From: Tubulanus polymorphus
Lineage: Eukaryota; Animalia; Nemertea
DNA: 64,000 bases
Direction of reading: 5' to 3'
NCBI RefSeq assembly: GCF_964204645.1
Contig: NC_134028.1
Coordinates: 9,982,001-10,046,000, forward strand
Shown here: piece after piece, positions 34,640-46,964 of the stretch
Numbering within the stretch: position 1 is the stretch's first letter
Layout of the letters: each line of letters starts with the position of its first letter
Program-made: the position numbers and the translations under genes
Notes under the pieces: model-generated
What the model was told of the DNA's origin: nothing
What the model saw: only the letters and a program-made list of their open reading frames with translations
The model's database searches: none

Positions 34640-35906
34640 TACGTCCAAATATCTGGCTAAAGTACAGTACCCGCTCTGGGTACTTTTTCTGATTCTCACA
34701 TTCGGCACAATATGGATCTTTTAGACTAACTAAAAAATCTCAAACCTAATGGCCAGAAAGTTATATGTTTCGACGCTATATCGATCCTTGTTCACAAATA
34801 TACCATTGGAACCAGCTCTCAATTTATTAAGAAGAAAACTCCCGGACTCCAATCTTGATCTCCCGGTTCCTGTAGATTGCTTACTTGAACTTTTGGAGCT
34901 CTGTACAACCAATCTATACTTCCAATCCCAAGACAAAATCTATGAACAAATTTTCGGTTTCGCTATGGGCAACCCATTATCCCCCATTTTGGCTAATCTT
35001 TTCCTTGAACATTTTGAATGCGAAATTCTTCCGAAATTACACTGGCTCTAAACCTAACTTTTGTATTGGATGTGTTGATGACATTCTGTGCTTTAGTTTC
35101 TGATGATTTTGATCTTAACTCTTTTATTGACTTCATTCATCAACTCTCAATATCCATCTTTGAAATTCACATTTGAATGGGAACAAAATGACCAAATCCC
35201 GTTTTTAGATGTTCTAATTCACAATAAATACTCTCATTTGTTTTTTTCAAGGCCTCTTTCTCCGTGCACTGCGGATTTGCGATGAAACCTTCCTTTCGGA
35301 TGAATTTGACCACATATACAACTCTCTTAAAAAATTGGCTTACCCTGATCACATTTTGAAAATCGCTATTTCTAAGGCTAAACGTACTTTCTTTAATTCT
35401 AAACCTCAAGAAAATAAAAAAAAAACACATTTCAGAATTCATTGTAGTTCCGTATGTACCTGTTTTGGAAAAGTTTCGACTCTCTCTCTTTATTGGATAG
35501 ACAAATCATTTTCACGTATGAAAACCAAATTAGCAAGACTTTGGTAAAAAACAATCAATCTAAACCTTTGGAATGCGGAGTTTACAAAATTCCTCGTTTT
35601 GGCTGTGATAAAATGTACTTTGGAGAAACTGGTCGTGATTTAAAAACTCGATTTTCGGAACACAAAAAGGATATAATAAATCAAAAACCGGCTAGTGGTG
35701 TAGCCAATCATGTTTGGAACACTGGTCATCGTTTTAATTTTGATAAAGCCGAAATTATTTATACTTCCAGCAATTACACTAAACGCCACACAGTTGAGTC
35801 TGTCCTAATTACTCGTCACTCAGATAGTTCCAATTTAAATAATGGCTTTTCTCCTCATAATTCCCTTCTTTCTAAGTATATTACTTCATGCCTTGCCAAA
35901 CACTAA
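34640..35906 (+). pseudogene. Penelope-like retroelement, reverse transcriptase + GIY-YIG endonuclease, 5'-truncated and degenerate
   Basis: SLFTNIP, YEQIFGFAMGNPLSPILANLF, CVDDIL, IPFLDVLI; GIY-YIG GVYKIP...MYFGETGRDLKTRFSEH. Confidence 0.9.
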
Positions 35907-35984
35907 TTAGTTACTCACTCACCAATTTACTCAAATAACCTTAATTCTCCTCTTTATATATACCCTTGTTTTTAGTCAATATCT

Positions 35985-36032
35985 CACACCTGACGATGGT
36001 CTCTAGTGTGAGATCGAAACGCCATGTTCTTA
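35985..36032 (+). ncRNA. Minimal hammerhead ribozyme-like motif in the Penelope 3' region (possibly degenerate)
   Basis: CTGACGA, stem II ggtctc/gagatc, then GAAAC; Penelope pLTRs are known to carry minimal hammerheads. Stems I and III pair poorly. Confidence 0.55.
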
Positions 36033-36449
36033 CATTTTAGATTATTTCAATAAATAATTCTCGATTTTAGATTTCTTTTAATTTTTAAATAGTGGGTTTT
36101 ATCTTACATCTGATAATATCATCATTTTTTATGCATGTTGCTTGCTAAAAGTCACGAATTATGTCATCTTAAATGTAGGTACGCAGCTTAGTAAAAGTCA
36201 CAGATTATTCAAGATGAATATTGGGAAAGACAACACGGAAAATTTGAAATTTTTGAAACGATTTAAGCTTTATATATAGCAGAATATTGAAGTATTTTAT
36301 TAAATGTTGCTGTTAGCAAGGGGGACATTTACCTAGAGGAGATTTTTATATATTCATATATTTCACATCCTCAAAGAGCATATTCAGAATATTTTAACTG
36401 CCCTGAAAACTATATAGCGTTTGCATACAGTTTTGCACTACTGTTTATA

Positions 36450-37110
36450 CGCTGTTTATATTGTCACGTATCACTGCAAATCTGAAGCATATGTCGCTAT
36501 TTATAACAGGGAATCTGGCAAGCGAATCCAAACTGAAAAGAAGACGCTTTTGGAGAGTGGCATGATCGCGGGGGGGGGGCAGACTTGAAATAAATGCCAT
36601 TGAGTAATTCAGTAAAATGTTCCAGAATCTAGCTTTTGGAGAAAGGGCCACAGGTGCATAAGGCACAAAAGGGGTGTGGTCTTTGAAGAATGAGATGCGT
36701 TTAGGTGCTTTCTGAGCACTTTCTTAGTTGAAATTAGGAATGGTATATGCTCACAATTTCAGGCATGTTTTATGTGAAAAAGGATAATAACGATTACAAT
36801 AGATTCAATGAGGCTAAGATTATCTAAAGTATAAAATGAAGGTTAAAATCTATAAGCCCACGAACCGTTGAGGAATTTCAGAATGTAACGCTATGCAGAA
36901 ATACGACAATAACGGTTATACACTGGTATCCTTTAACAGCAGGCGATGAAAAAAATTATGTTCAAGCGTCAGAAAAATGGATGAGGGCCTGGCCCCATGT
37001 CTATGTATTGTTCTCTGAATCCAAGAACGTCTATCGCACATTTGAGCCTAAACGTCTACTTTTATTTAGTAGCCACTTAAGATTTGCGGTGATACGTGAC
37101 AACATGAACA
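36450..37110. mobile_element. Possible small TIR element (MITE)
   Basis: tgtcacgtatcactgcaaatct at ~36462 is inverted at ~37080-37101; a third copy lies at ~39373. TSD not resolved. Confidence 0.45.
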
Positions 37111-40100
37111 CATTGAGAAACTAGTGGAAAATTCTATACCCACGCTATAGTTTGGGATATAGTAGTATTTTGAGTGTCTCAGTTAAGCTCTGAAGATAGT
37201 CTAACCAATAAAAATCGAGATTGGAGTAAATTAGTTTACAAATTGTCATTGGTTATGGCGTTTTACGATGAATCGAAACTTCCTTCTTTTTATGGCGATA
37301 TTAGTGTAATGCAGAATTCGATTTTAACAAATGCAGCTATTTTCAAGCATGTCTGCATTCATATTTTGATTAAATTAGAAGCGTAATCATAAATTCAGGC
37401 TAACCTCTCATTATTGAAATGGTGGTTTATTTTCAACGGGGGTATGGATGTCTTTGCATCATAAATTTAGATGTGCATTTTGGAGTGTTCGAACCTCCCA
37501 TGATTTTATATTAATTTCGCTGAGATGTTGATTTAAAAAAATAAAATATGCTGTATCTTTAATAGATTTTTGTGGATCTATCAATGCATTCTAAAGAAAT
37601 CTTCCGAACTGAGGCCGAATTTAATAGAAATAAGAAATTTCGTATAGTATTCAAGATTTCATTTGGATTACAGTTACGGCCTATGGTGATCTTCACCGTG
37701 AGGTCATGAATGAAGAAATACCGTAATAGAACTCTTAATATGATAACATGTATTGAGATGAAACCGCAACGTTTTGACTGTTGACTAACAGCCATCATCA
37801 GGTGGAATGTAGACATTCCAGTGATTTGAGCTTTAAGTCAGATGGCAGTCACTGAAAATCCGAAAGTTGTTGCGGTTTAATTTTGATAATTAAATGTCAT
37901 CGTATAAAATTTTATTGCAGAATTTCTTCATTTATCGGATTAGTGTTCTATTCGACTACTTCGGGTCATGTAGTCGTTTAGATAGAAAATTATTACTTGT
38001 CGCCACGGAAGGTATATGCAACCGTGTCAGTCGCTACGGGAGAGATTCTCTGTATATCGGCATCTTAAATCGGCACCTTTGTTGGTCCTAGCCTACATTC
38101 ACTTCCAATCTAACGAATTGGTAATTTTATTCTTACCATGAATGCCTTTTTGTCGTAGAATATGGTGCCACTGATATAAAAGTAGTTTTTATTCTACGAT
38201 AATTTGAGAAAATGAGTTATATTGGAAAAAAAACTGATAAAGTACCTTAAAATTCAGCGATTCATTGGGATTTTATTTCATTGGCATCTTCAAATAGAGT
38301 TTTGAGGTGCTAAGTTTATTACTATTAAGAGGTCATTATTTTTGGTGGTCAGTGCAGTTTGTTTATTCGTTCATCAATCACTGTCTCGTTAGCCAGTGTA
38401 ATTCACCTGTTGACTGATAGCTGCTGCTGGGCTTTTGATAACCTATACAAACAATTTACTCAACAAAGTAGGAAAGCATGTGAAACTGAAATTTCAGCCT
38501 TGCATTCTTTTACTTAGACCAGAAGCGTTTTTTATCAAATTGGAATAACTGATTTCAAAACTACGTGAACACCTCAACTGAATTTATTTCAGTATTTATT
38601 CAATCAATAATGACAATTGTTAGGCTTATTCTCACTAGCATACCCTCAGTGAGTAATGGGTATTAGATTATAATATAATGCATTATTATTTTGATCTTAT
38701 ATTAGAAGTTGTAATATCATTTCAACCAAACTGTATAACTATGAAATGAAATTTCGGTTAAGGTATCAATTCTAACAAGCATTAAAGGGTTCAATATTCA
38801 TAAACGAACATTAAGCAGAGAACAGCGTGACAAAGTGAACATCACATGGATTACTTAAAAATTGATTGTATCGAAATAAACAATAATTGTAGGTTAATTC
38901 TAAGTATTTTAGATACATTTTTTGGGAAAATTTTTTGTAGTCTTTCATCCAAGTAAAGAGATCTAAAGACATAATCCATTTCATGAACATATGATTTTAT
39001 TTGTATTTTCGTCTCTCATATATCCTTGAAGACAAATGAAGCCAAATTCAAAAAAGACAAATTCATTTCTACAGAATCAAAGATTTATGACAGTATGAAT
39101 GCACCAGCATGTTTTATAATCGCAAATATAAAACAAAAATCATAAAATTCTAAATTAGATCTGGCACAATACTTGTTTTAACGGATTGAATCCATAATGA
39201 TGTTACATAAATCAATAGTTTTCCTATTGGTTATTCCCATTTTGTTGAGCGTGATATAATTTAGGGGGTTCTTAGCAACTCGGAAACTAGGATTTCTATT
39301 GACAGAACTGTATTCAAAGCATACAGAGTTCTGTATACAAAGCATATGGGGTTTAACAGTACCTTTGACCCTGTCACGTATCACTGCAAATCTTTAACAG
39401 ATGTGGCTATTTTGAACAAGAAATTACTGTGCCATCTCAAAATGGTCAATTTTTCACTAGCTGACTTTTAGAAACGATGTGTTTTGAGAGTAGCTATTGT
39501 GGTAGGAGTTACTATCACTAAGTCGCTGTTTACAATCGGTTGGTTACAGTCACATCTACTGCCAGTGTGCACTATCAAAATGCTAGCACACTAGCACATC
39601 AGATGTTTTACAACAGCCACTTTTCAGCAGTAGACTCTTTCAAAAAGCTACTGTGGAAAACCAACTGAATTGAAAGGTAGACTATTTCGGCGTCATTTAT
39701 TTGTTATTTGTGATTACATCCAGCAGTCAAATGAATTCATTTCAATCGTTGCCTCAACGTCACGATTTTTTGTATATTTTTCTGTCATATCTGAAACTCG
39801 GGTCCCCAGGGCGAATCACTATTAAAGCCGTGAGACTACATCGATGTACCAATGACGTAAGCCGAAAGCCGTTACCGCTCTCCGCAAAATACATTCGTTA
39901 CCGTAATCCAACTGAATTTTTATATAATATATGTAATGAAATTTATCAATGAATCGGTCAAATGAAACATTTTCTTAAGAATATGTAAAATGTGCATGGA
40001 TACAGCGTAAATTCAAATCAGCGAAATTAATATAATAATCAACGATTCAGTGATTCAGCGAAGTTCGGAACACCCCCAAAACAATGCACATCTGACTCCA

Positions 40101-40413
40101 ATTCTATATAAATTGTCATCCGATTCTAGAAACGTTTTCGTATCAATCATGGCAATTGCGCAATATAAGTATAAGGCTCGCACTTAAACTTCTTTTAAAC
40201 CCTTAATTTGGAATGTGTACGATGTACATTCCTAACTGTTCAAGTCATTCCTCAATGATAGGAGACGTTTGACTGAAACACTTTTGGATTCCTCGTTAGT
40301 CAAAACTACAAATCAACCGACTGATATCGGACCAGCAATAACTTCAAAAACTGATCAAGTTAACTGACTGATCTTAATCTTGGATTAGTGAATACTGCAA
40401 ATATAATGCAGTA

Positions 40414-40575
40414 AACCGACCTAGGTTACAATATTGTAGCCTCGGTCAGTGTATGCAGATAAATCCGCGCAGGTCAACCGACCTAGGTTACAATATTGTA
40501 GCCTCGGTCAGTGTATGCAGATAAATCCGCGCAACTCAACCGACCTAGGTTACAATATTGTAGCCTCGGTCAGTG
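40414..40575. repeat. Right subterminal palindromic repeats (3 copies, 62-bp period)
   Basis: aaccgacctaggttacaatattgtagcctcggtcagtg x3; inverse of 31090-31195. Confidence 0.88.
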
Positions 40576-40729
40576 TTCCACTGATGAATCATACATTTGC
40601 CTCAACCTAGTCTGCCAGGTTACTTATTGCTTTGTCTTTATCCTGACCCAATCATAACCGTATTTCTTTTTTCAGCTTTACAACTGATTCCACGAATTTA
40701 ATAATTCCATTTTCGAATAATAATGTGTT

Positions 40730-42857
40730 TAAACCCGAAAATCATATTCATACAGAAAAGTTAATGGTAACTCAAGAAGATAAATATAATTATGTAGTAC
40801 ATTATAGAATGTTAAAGTTTTATTTGAATCAAGGAATGATTCTAAAAAAGTACATAGATATATTTCATTCAGCCAATCTAAGTGGTTAGAAAAATATATA
40901 GATTTTAACACCAAACAGAGAACTGAAGCTAAAACTGATTTCGAGAAAGATTTCTTCAAGTTAATGAATAATGCATTCTATGGTAAGACTTGTGAAAATA
41001 TTAGAAATAGAAATGATATTGAGTTAGTTAGTAATGGTAAAAGAATTAGACATTTACAAACATATCCTAAATTTATGGGTAACAGAATATTTGATGAAAA
41101 TTTAGCCGCAGTTAAGATGAGAAGAACATCAATGAAATTAAATAAACCAATCTATGTTGGCGCTTCAGTTTTAGAATTATCAAAATTACTAATGTATGAA
41201 TTCTATTATAATGTATTACAACCACTTTTTGGAGAAAAACATATAGAAATATTATATTTTGATTCTGTTACAGCTGACACCCCAATATTTTTAAAATATA
41301 ATAATCAAATGTTAATTAGAAGAATTTCAGAAATAATTCCAAAACAAAATGAACTTTATATTTCGTATGGTGAAAAAGAATTAATACAAATAAATGGATT
41401 AATGGATGTTTGAACAAAAATGGATGGGTGAAATTAAAGAATATAATTAGACATAAAACGAATAAGAAAATCTATAGAGTTAGAACTAAATTAGGATTTG
41501 TTGATGTTACTGAAGATCATAGTTTAATTAAACAAAATGGTGATGAAATAAAACCAACTGATATAAAAATTGGAGACGAATTATTACATAAAAGATTTTT
41601 CCAAAGAATGAATCATATGTCATTTGATAAAATAATTGATAATGTTTATAATATAGAACCCGAAACATTGGAAGAAAAAGAATATTTTATCAAAGGATTT
41701 TTTATGGGCGATGGTTCAGCAGGTGTGTATAAATATGTTAGTGGAACTAAATATTGTTGGTATTTATGCAATCAAGATTTGAAATTATTAGAAAGAATTA
41801 AAAAATACTGTGAACAAGTTAATTCACATAAAACATTTAGAATCGGGGATTATATGAAATCATCACAATGTTATAGAATACATGTGAATAATCTAAAGAT
41901 TTTGCAATTAAATATAATGATGAATTCTATATTCATGCAATAGTGAAAAGTAATACTTCAACTAAAGAAAAGATAGTTCCAGATTATGTAATAAATGCAA
42001 AAGATAATTTTAGAAAATGGTTCTTCATTGGATTTTATGCTGCAGATGGTTCAAAAAACTATACAAAACAGACAACTATATCTTTGACACAAAAAGGAAA
42101 AGTTGCTATATCAGGATTAAATATATTATGCAATTCATTAGGATTTAATATGTTAGTTAATATTAGAAAAGATAAACCAAATGTATTTCAATTAACGCAT
42201 GTAGAAAATGAACTAACTGAAGAAGCTAGAGATTTATTTGAAATATCCAATCCTACAGAATATGTTTATGATTTAACAACTGAAGATGGTACATTTAATT
42301 GTGGATTTCCATTAATCATAAAAAATACAGATTCTTACATATTAAAGATAAAAACTGATAACATAACTGATGATTTAAAAAAATTAAAACATCATTTTGA
42401 TTTTAGTAACTATCCTAAAGATCATGAATTGTTTAGCAATGATAATAAAAAAGTTCCTGGTAAATTCAAAGATGAATTAGGTGGTGAAGGAATGATTGAA
42501 TTCATCGGTATTAGATCTAAAATGTATTCATATAAAACTAAAGAACATGAAGCTAAAAAGTTAAAAGGAATAACCAAAAGTGTAGTAGAAAAGAATATTC
42601 ATTTCAAAGATTACATCAATTGATTATTCAATGAAGAAGTTAGAAAACATAAGATGAGATGTTTAAGATCTGAGTACCACGAAATGTTTATTGAAGAAAT
42701 TGAAAAGATAAGTCTAAACCCATTTGATGATAAAAGATATATTCTGGATGATGGAATTCATACAGTTGCTTATGGTTGTAATTTAGATGAATACTTAAAA
42801 TTTAAAAGAGAAGAAACAAAAGAGAACGAGATAATGAAAAGAATTCTAACGTGTTAA
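40730..42857 (+). pseudogene. pPolB: pPolB C-terminal part with intein (copy C, frameshifted)
   Basis: KLMNNAFYGKT, KPIYVG, YFD-[intein]-TDS, GKFKDE, KMYSY, PFDDKRY. Confidence 0.94.
41264..42326 (+). mobile_element. Intein with LAGLIDADG homing endonuclease (copy C, two 1-nt frameshifts)
   Basis: YFD|SVTADTP...FPLIIKN|TDS with blocks B, C, E and F. Confidence 0.95.
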
Positions 42858-42886
42858 TCAAATTTTAATAAAAATATGTATTATAA

Positions 42887-43239
42887 ATGGAGAGTAAACA
42901 AACACACAGTGAGAAAAACAATTTATTTCTAGATAGAATTAAAGATATAACACATGGAAATCAGTAGATTATAAATTTAAGAAGTTAAAAGAATTAATAA
43001 TCCATAAGAAATATCTAATTACAAATATTGATACAGTTACTAACAAATATGGAGATAAATTAGTTATACACTTAGAATATGAAGGATTAAAAGGAAATAC
43101 ATATAAATTCAGAACATATTTACCAGATAGATTTCATAGATTATCAAGTGAAGATCTAGAAGAATTATGTTCTGGTGATTTCTATTTCGTATACAAAGGT
43201 AAGAATGAAAAAGGGCACCATGAAATAGATTTCGAATAA
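42887..43239 (+). pseudogene. Small TKYG/YLPxR-motif protein (possible OB-fold), one frameshift
   Basis: Manual translation: MESKQ...FLDRIKDI / YKFKKLKELIIHKKYLITNIDTVTNKYGDKLVIHLE...FRTYLPDRF...FVYKG...EIDFE; TAAATG start. Confidence 0.65.
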
Positions 43240-43256
43240 GAAAATATGTAAAATAA

Positions 43257-44069
43257 ATGGTAGAATTGAAAGAATACAGATTATTTGTTGATTCAAGAAA
43301 ACTTACAAATTATAAATCTCATAATTTACTAGTTCAATTAGATAGAGAATTTAAGAATTGTGTAGATTTAAAATTAGTTAATATAACTTTATGTAATTCT
43401 TATTATAATATATCAGATAAAACTTTTGAAAATAGAGGGTTTATGATTTATATGAGAAATAAAGATAAATGGTTTCATATATTTTTAAAACCAGGATTAT
43501 ATAATTTAGAATCATTAGCGCAGGAAATTAATAGAAGAGCTCGGTTGAAAATCGGGGGCACTTCTGTATTCCAAATTAAATTTAATAAAATTGATAGTAC
43601 TAATAAAATAAGAATAAAGATATCTAATGAACAACATAAATTTATGGTAAACAAACCACTGGCTAAAATGTTAGGAATTAAACCGCTTACAGTTACTGGA
43701 AACGCAGAGGGCAGCTCAAATATAATACCTTTTACACACTTTTATATTTATTGCAATTTAATCGAGCCTACAAAAACTTTCGAAGCAACTAAAGAAACAA
43801 TTTGTAGTTCTAGTATACTAAATATTTTACCGCTAAAAAATGTTAAACAATTTGGAACTCAAATAAATTATAATTTAACTGAATGTGATTTCAAACCTTG
43901 TATTCCACATTTCAATAATTTTAAATTAGAAATAAGAAATCATAATGGTTATTTAATTGATTTGAATAACTTTCCTGTAATATATGAATTAGTTATAAGA
44001 TGTAAAGAGAAATTTTTTCATTATATAAATGAATATAACTGTTGGGCCGAGTATATGTTTTGGGTTTGA
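43257..44069 (+). CDS. Minor capsid protein (penton), copy C; natural stop near 44012 lost
   Basis: Homologue of 4342-5079. Confidence 0.8.
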   Translation: MVELKEYRLFVDSRKLTNYKSHNLLVQLDREFKNCVDLKLVNITLCNSYYNISDKTFENRGFMIYMRNKDKWFHIFLKPGLYNLESLAQEINRRARLKIGGTSVFQIKFNKIDSTNKIRIKISNEQHKFMVNKPLAKMLGIKPLTVTGNAEGSSNIIPFTHFYIYCNLIEPTKTFEATKETICSSSILNILPLKNVKQFGTQINYNLTECDFKPCIPHFNNFKLEIRNHNGYLIDLNNFPVIYELVIRCKEKFFHYINEYNCWAEYMFWV

Positions 44070-44385
44070 TTTTAAACATGAGAAAGAAATGAAATTTAAC
44101 ATTAATGATGTAATTACACATATCAAAAATATTACATTTTCTAATGAAACAACATTTGAGTATGAAAAAACAATAGATAAAGAAACTCTGAATGTAGAAA
44201 AGATTACTAATTTAATTAGAGAATCTTTAAGATTTTATGAATTAGATGAAGATTTTATCATCGATGATATTAAAAAAATAATAATTGAAATATATACAAA
44301 TGAAACTAGTAATGAAATAAATGTTGATTTAATCATCACTAAGATAACTAAATATTTTGATGATAGTAATTTTTTTGATAAATAA
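44029..44385 (+). CDS. 118-aa hypothetical element protein
   Basis: Intact and conserved in three copies. Confidence 0.75.
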   Translation: MNITVGPSICFGFDFKHEKEMKFNINDVITHIKNITFSNETTFEYEKTIDKETLNVEKITNLIRESLRFYELDEDFIIDDIKKIIIEIYTNETSNEINVDLIITKITKYFDDSNFFDK

Positions 44386-44607
44386 ATGAGTGATAATAAG
44401 TGGATAATAACTGGATTATATAATGGCGCATTACTATCAGTTGGAACTGTTGGTTATTCAATGGTATTAAAAAAAGTATTCAAGATGGGAAGTGCTAATG
44501 TTGATAGATTTGATATAAATGATATTTTAAAATTAACATTAGCAGTTACTTTATCTAATTTAACTATTGATTATTTGGAAAAACAAAAATATATTCCTCC
44601 CATATAA
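44386..44607 (+). CDS. 73-aa small hydrophobic protein
   Basis: Intact homologue of 21265-21486. Confidence 0.75.
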   Translation: MSDNKWIITGLYNGALLSVGTVGYSMVLKKVFKMGSANVDRFDINDILKLTLAVTLSNLTIDYLEKQKYIPPI

Positions 44608-44631
44608 ATGCATAATTTTTTTGCTAAATAA

Positions 44632-45047
44632 ATGGCTTCTGCAATTATAACTATTATAGGATCGGCAATTGTTAACGCTTTAGCATTTACTGGTGGCGGT
44701 TTAAGCATATTGATGAAAATAGTTCATTAGGAGAACGAAGGAGACATAACTTAGCATTAGAGAAATACAATAAAGCAGCAGAAGAATATAGAGAAAAGAG
44801 ACAAAACTATATGGATTACATCAATAAAGAATTATATGATCAGAAGATTTCACATAGAGATTTTTTATCAGTTGATGATGCAATGAGTTTATATAACGCA
44901 GTAACAAATAAAGAAAAATTACATCTATACAAACGTAAATTATCAGATTATTATACCCCAAGTAATGAACAACAGAAATATGAAATAATTTGGATTTTAG
45001 GTGGAACAGTTATTGTTATATTTGTTGCTTATAAGTTTACTAATTAG
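44632..45047 (+). pseudogene. 139-aa membrane protein homologue, frameshifted
   Basis: Matches 3300-3719. Confidence 0.75.
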
Positions 45048-45066
45048 TATTTTTTTTTCTAAATAA

Positions 45067-45503
45067 ATGGAAGATAAAGTTGATAAATATTGATATTATT
45101 CCTCATGATATAAATAAAACTAAATTAAAAACATATTTAGAAAAAACAAATATTAGAATTTGAAAGTGACTTAAAGATAAAAAAGAAAAAATATTTGAAA
45201 AGTAAAATTATATATTATCTTATTATCAGTGGTTCGGTTACAATTAGTTCTGTAATAACATTTCTAGCAATATTCAGTCCATTAACACCTTAGGCTATAT
45301 CAATTGGTGTATTAGGATTAAGTTCAAGCGTTTTAACTGGTATAAGTTCAAAATTAAATATAAAAAGTAATAAAGAAAAAATTAAAACTAATATAAAAGA
45401 AATTAATAAATTGAAGAATACACTAGATTATATAATAAGTTTAAATGGTTATATAACAGTTGAAGAACAAGATAAATTATTAAAAGAATAAATAAATTAT
45501 TAA
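45067..45503 (+). pseudogene. 144-aa two-TM protein homologue, disrupted
   Basis: Matches 2845-3279. Confidence 0.75.
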
Positions 45504-45519
45504 TTTTTTAATTAAATAA

Positions 45520-46948
45520 ATGGTAGATAGTTTTCCAAAAGCTTTCCAATATAATAAATCAATTAAATATAATATTCCAGCAATAGATTTCAATAAAGAT
45601 ATTACATATAGAAATGAAGTTTTAGATTCATTAACTTATTTAGAAATTTATGTTACTGAAACTAATAATTTTAATGCAAAGATGGAAAATATATTTCATG
45701 TATATCTAATTAATTCTGAAAAATTGAAAGATGAAAACAATGGTTATTAAAATCTAATATGAAGTATTGGCAGAACCAATTAAATTTTGCTGTTTATTGC
45801 GCAACAACAGGATGCGGAATTAGTTGGAATGATCATTTGAATAATTCTAAATATAAATTAATTCAAAGTTTATTTAGATTTCATACATACTTTCAAATCA
45901 GAATAATATTAAATGAATTAGAGTGCGCTTTAACAGGATCTAGGTATTTTAAAGAATTAGATAATAATATTAATTTATCAAAGTTTTATAAAATTTGCAA
46001 TGAATTTAATATAGATATAAATAATTCTGATTTTAGAACAAAAATTGGAACAATAAGATCACTTCCTTGCCCTAAAAAGATTGCAGAATATTGTGCACTT
46101 CCCATACCATCTAATAGTTTTTATAATATCTATAGTAATAAATTAGGTTATGGTAAAATAGAAACTAAGGATTTAGAAACATTAAATTTCAATAAATTAC
46201 CGACATTTTATGATAATTTAAAACAAGAAAACAATAATGGTTGGGTTTATTTCATTTTAGAAAATAATGAAGGTTTTACAAAATCAGGTATACAAAGAAT
46301 AAATCAATCTATTAGAACTTATTTGATATATATTTTAGGTGCGCAAGTTGAAACAAGATCCCCAATAATTGGAAATTTAAATACATCTTTTATATACATC
46401 AAAATTTGATACACAGAAACAATTCAAAGTATTATTTGAAGATTCTATTCATAATGATAAAAATAGATCGATTCCGGAAAACATTGTAAGATATCAAAAT
46501 TATTTAGATAAATCACATATTAGATTAAATTATTGTATAGGCCCTAATCTATTAATTATTTCTAATGATTTAGTATTAAAGATGGGAAATATAATTGGTT
46601 ATAATAATCTAATTAAAACTGCAACAATAAATAATTCATTTGGATTGAATGATATAAATAAAAAGATTATTACTGCTCCAAAATCAATGGAAGGTGAAAA
46701 AAATAAAACATATTCAATCAACAGAAACTAAAACTAATAATATTAAATTAAATAATGATTCTAAAATAAAAGATTACAATACATCAGAAGATACAAAAAC
46801 TGATAATGGTGCCGTATGACACCCACACGGTGATATTCAACATGAAATAATTAAACTAAATGATGATAATAAATCCCATGAAAATACTAAATTAGCTATA
46901 ACTTGTATAGGAATTGTAATCGGAGGAATATTATATTTTAAATTTTAA
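45520..46948 (+). pseudogene. 441-aa protein homologue (copy C, disrupted, with variant central segment)
   Basis: Matches 22422-23747 with an insertion around SLPCPKKIAEYCALPIPS. Confidence 0.8.
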
Positions 46949-46964
46949 TTTTTTTATTATGTAA

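Larger units (their letters stand above)
30938..40729. mobile_element. 9.8-kb non-autonomous TIR DNA transposon (superfamily unassigned) inserted in pPolB of copy C
   Basis: TIRs aacacattattattcgaaaatggaatta... / ...taattccattttcgaataataatgtgtt. Probable TAAA TSD (ambiguous in the A-run). Removal rejoins pPolB KKIK-PENH. Confidence 0.88.

Noticed and set aside
36445-39952. Short ORFs of 60-110 aa inside the large insertion and in 61600-63372
   Set aside because: They have no recognisable motifs and their lengths are expected by chance.
31984-40078. Possible additional nested element bounded by gggtgtt..gaacttcgc / gcgaagttcggaacacccc
   Set aside because: Only ~20 bp of imperfect match and no convincing TSD.
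40414-40575. Palindromic repeats with regular ~62-bp spacing resembling a CRISPR array (also 31090-31195)
   Set aside because: The spacers are near-identical, there are no cas genes, and the arrays are mirror-image subterminal repeats of a TIR transposon.
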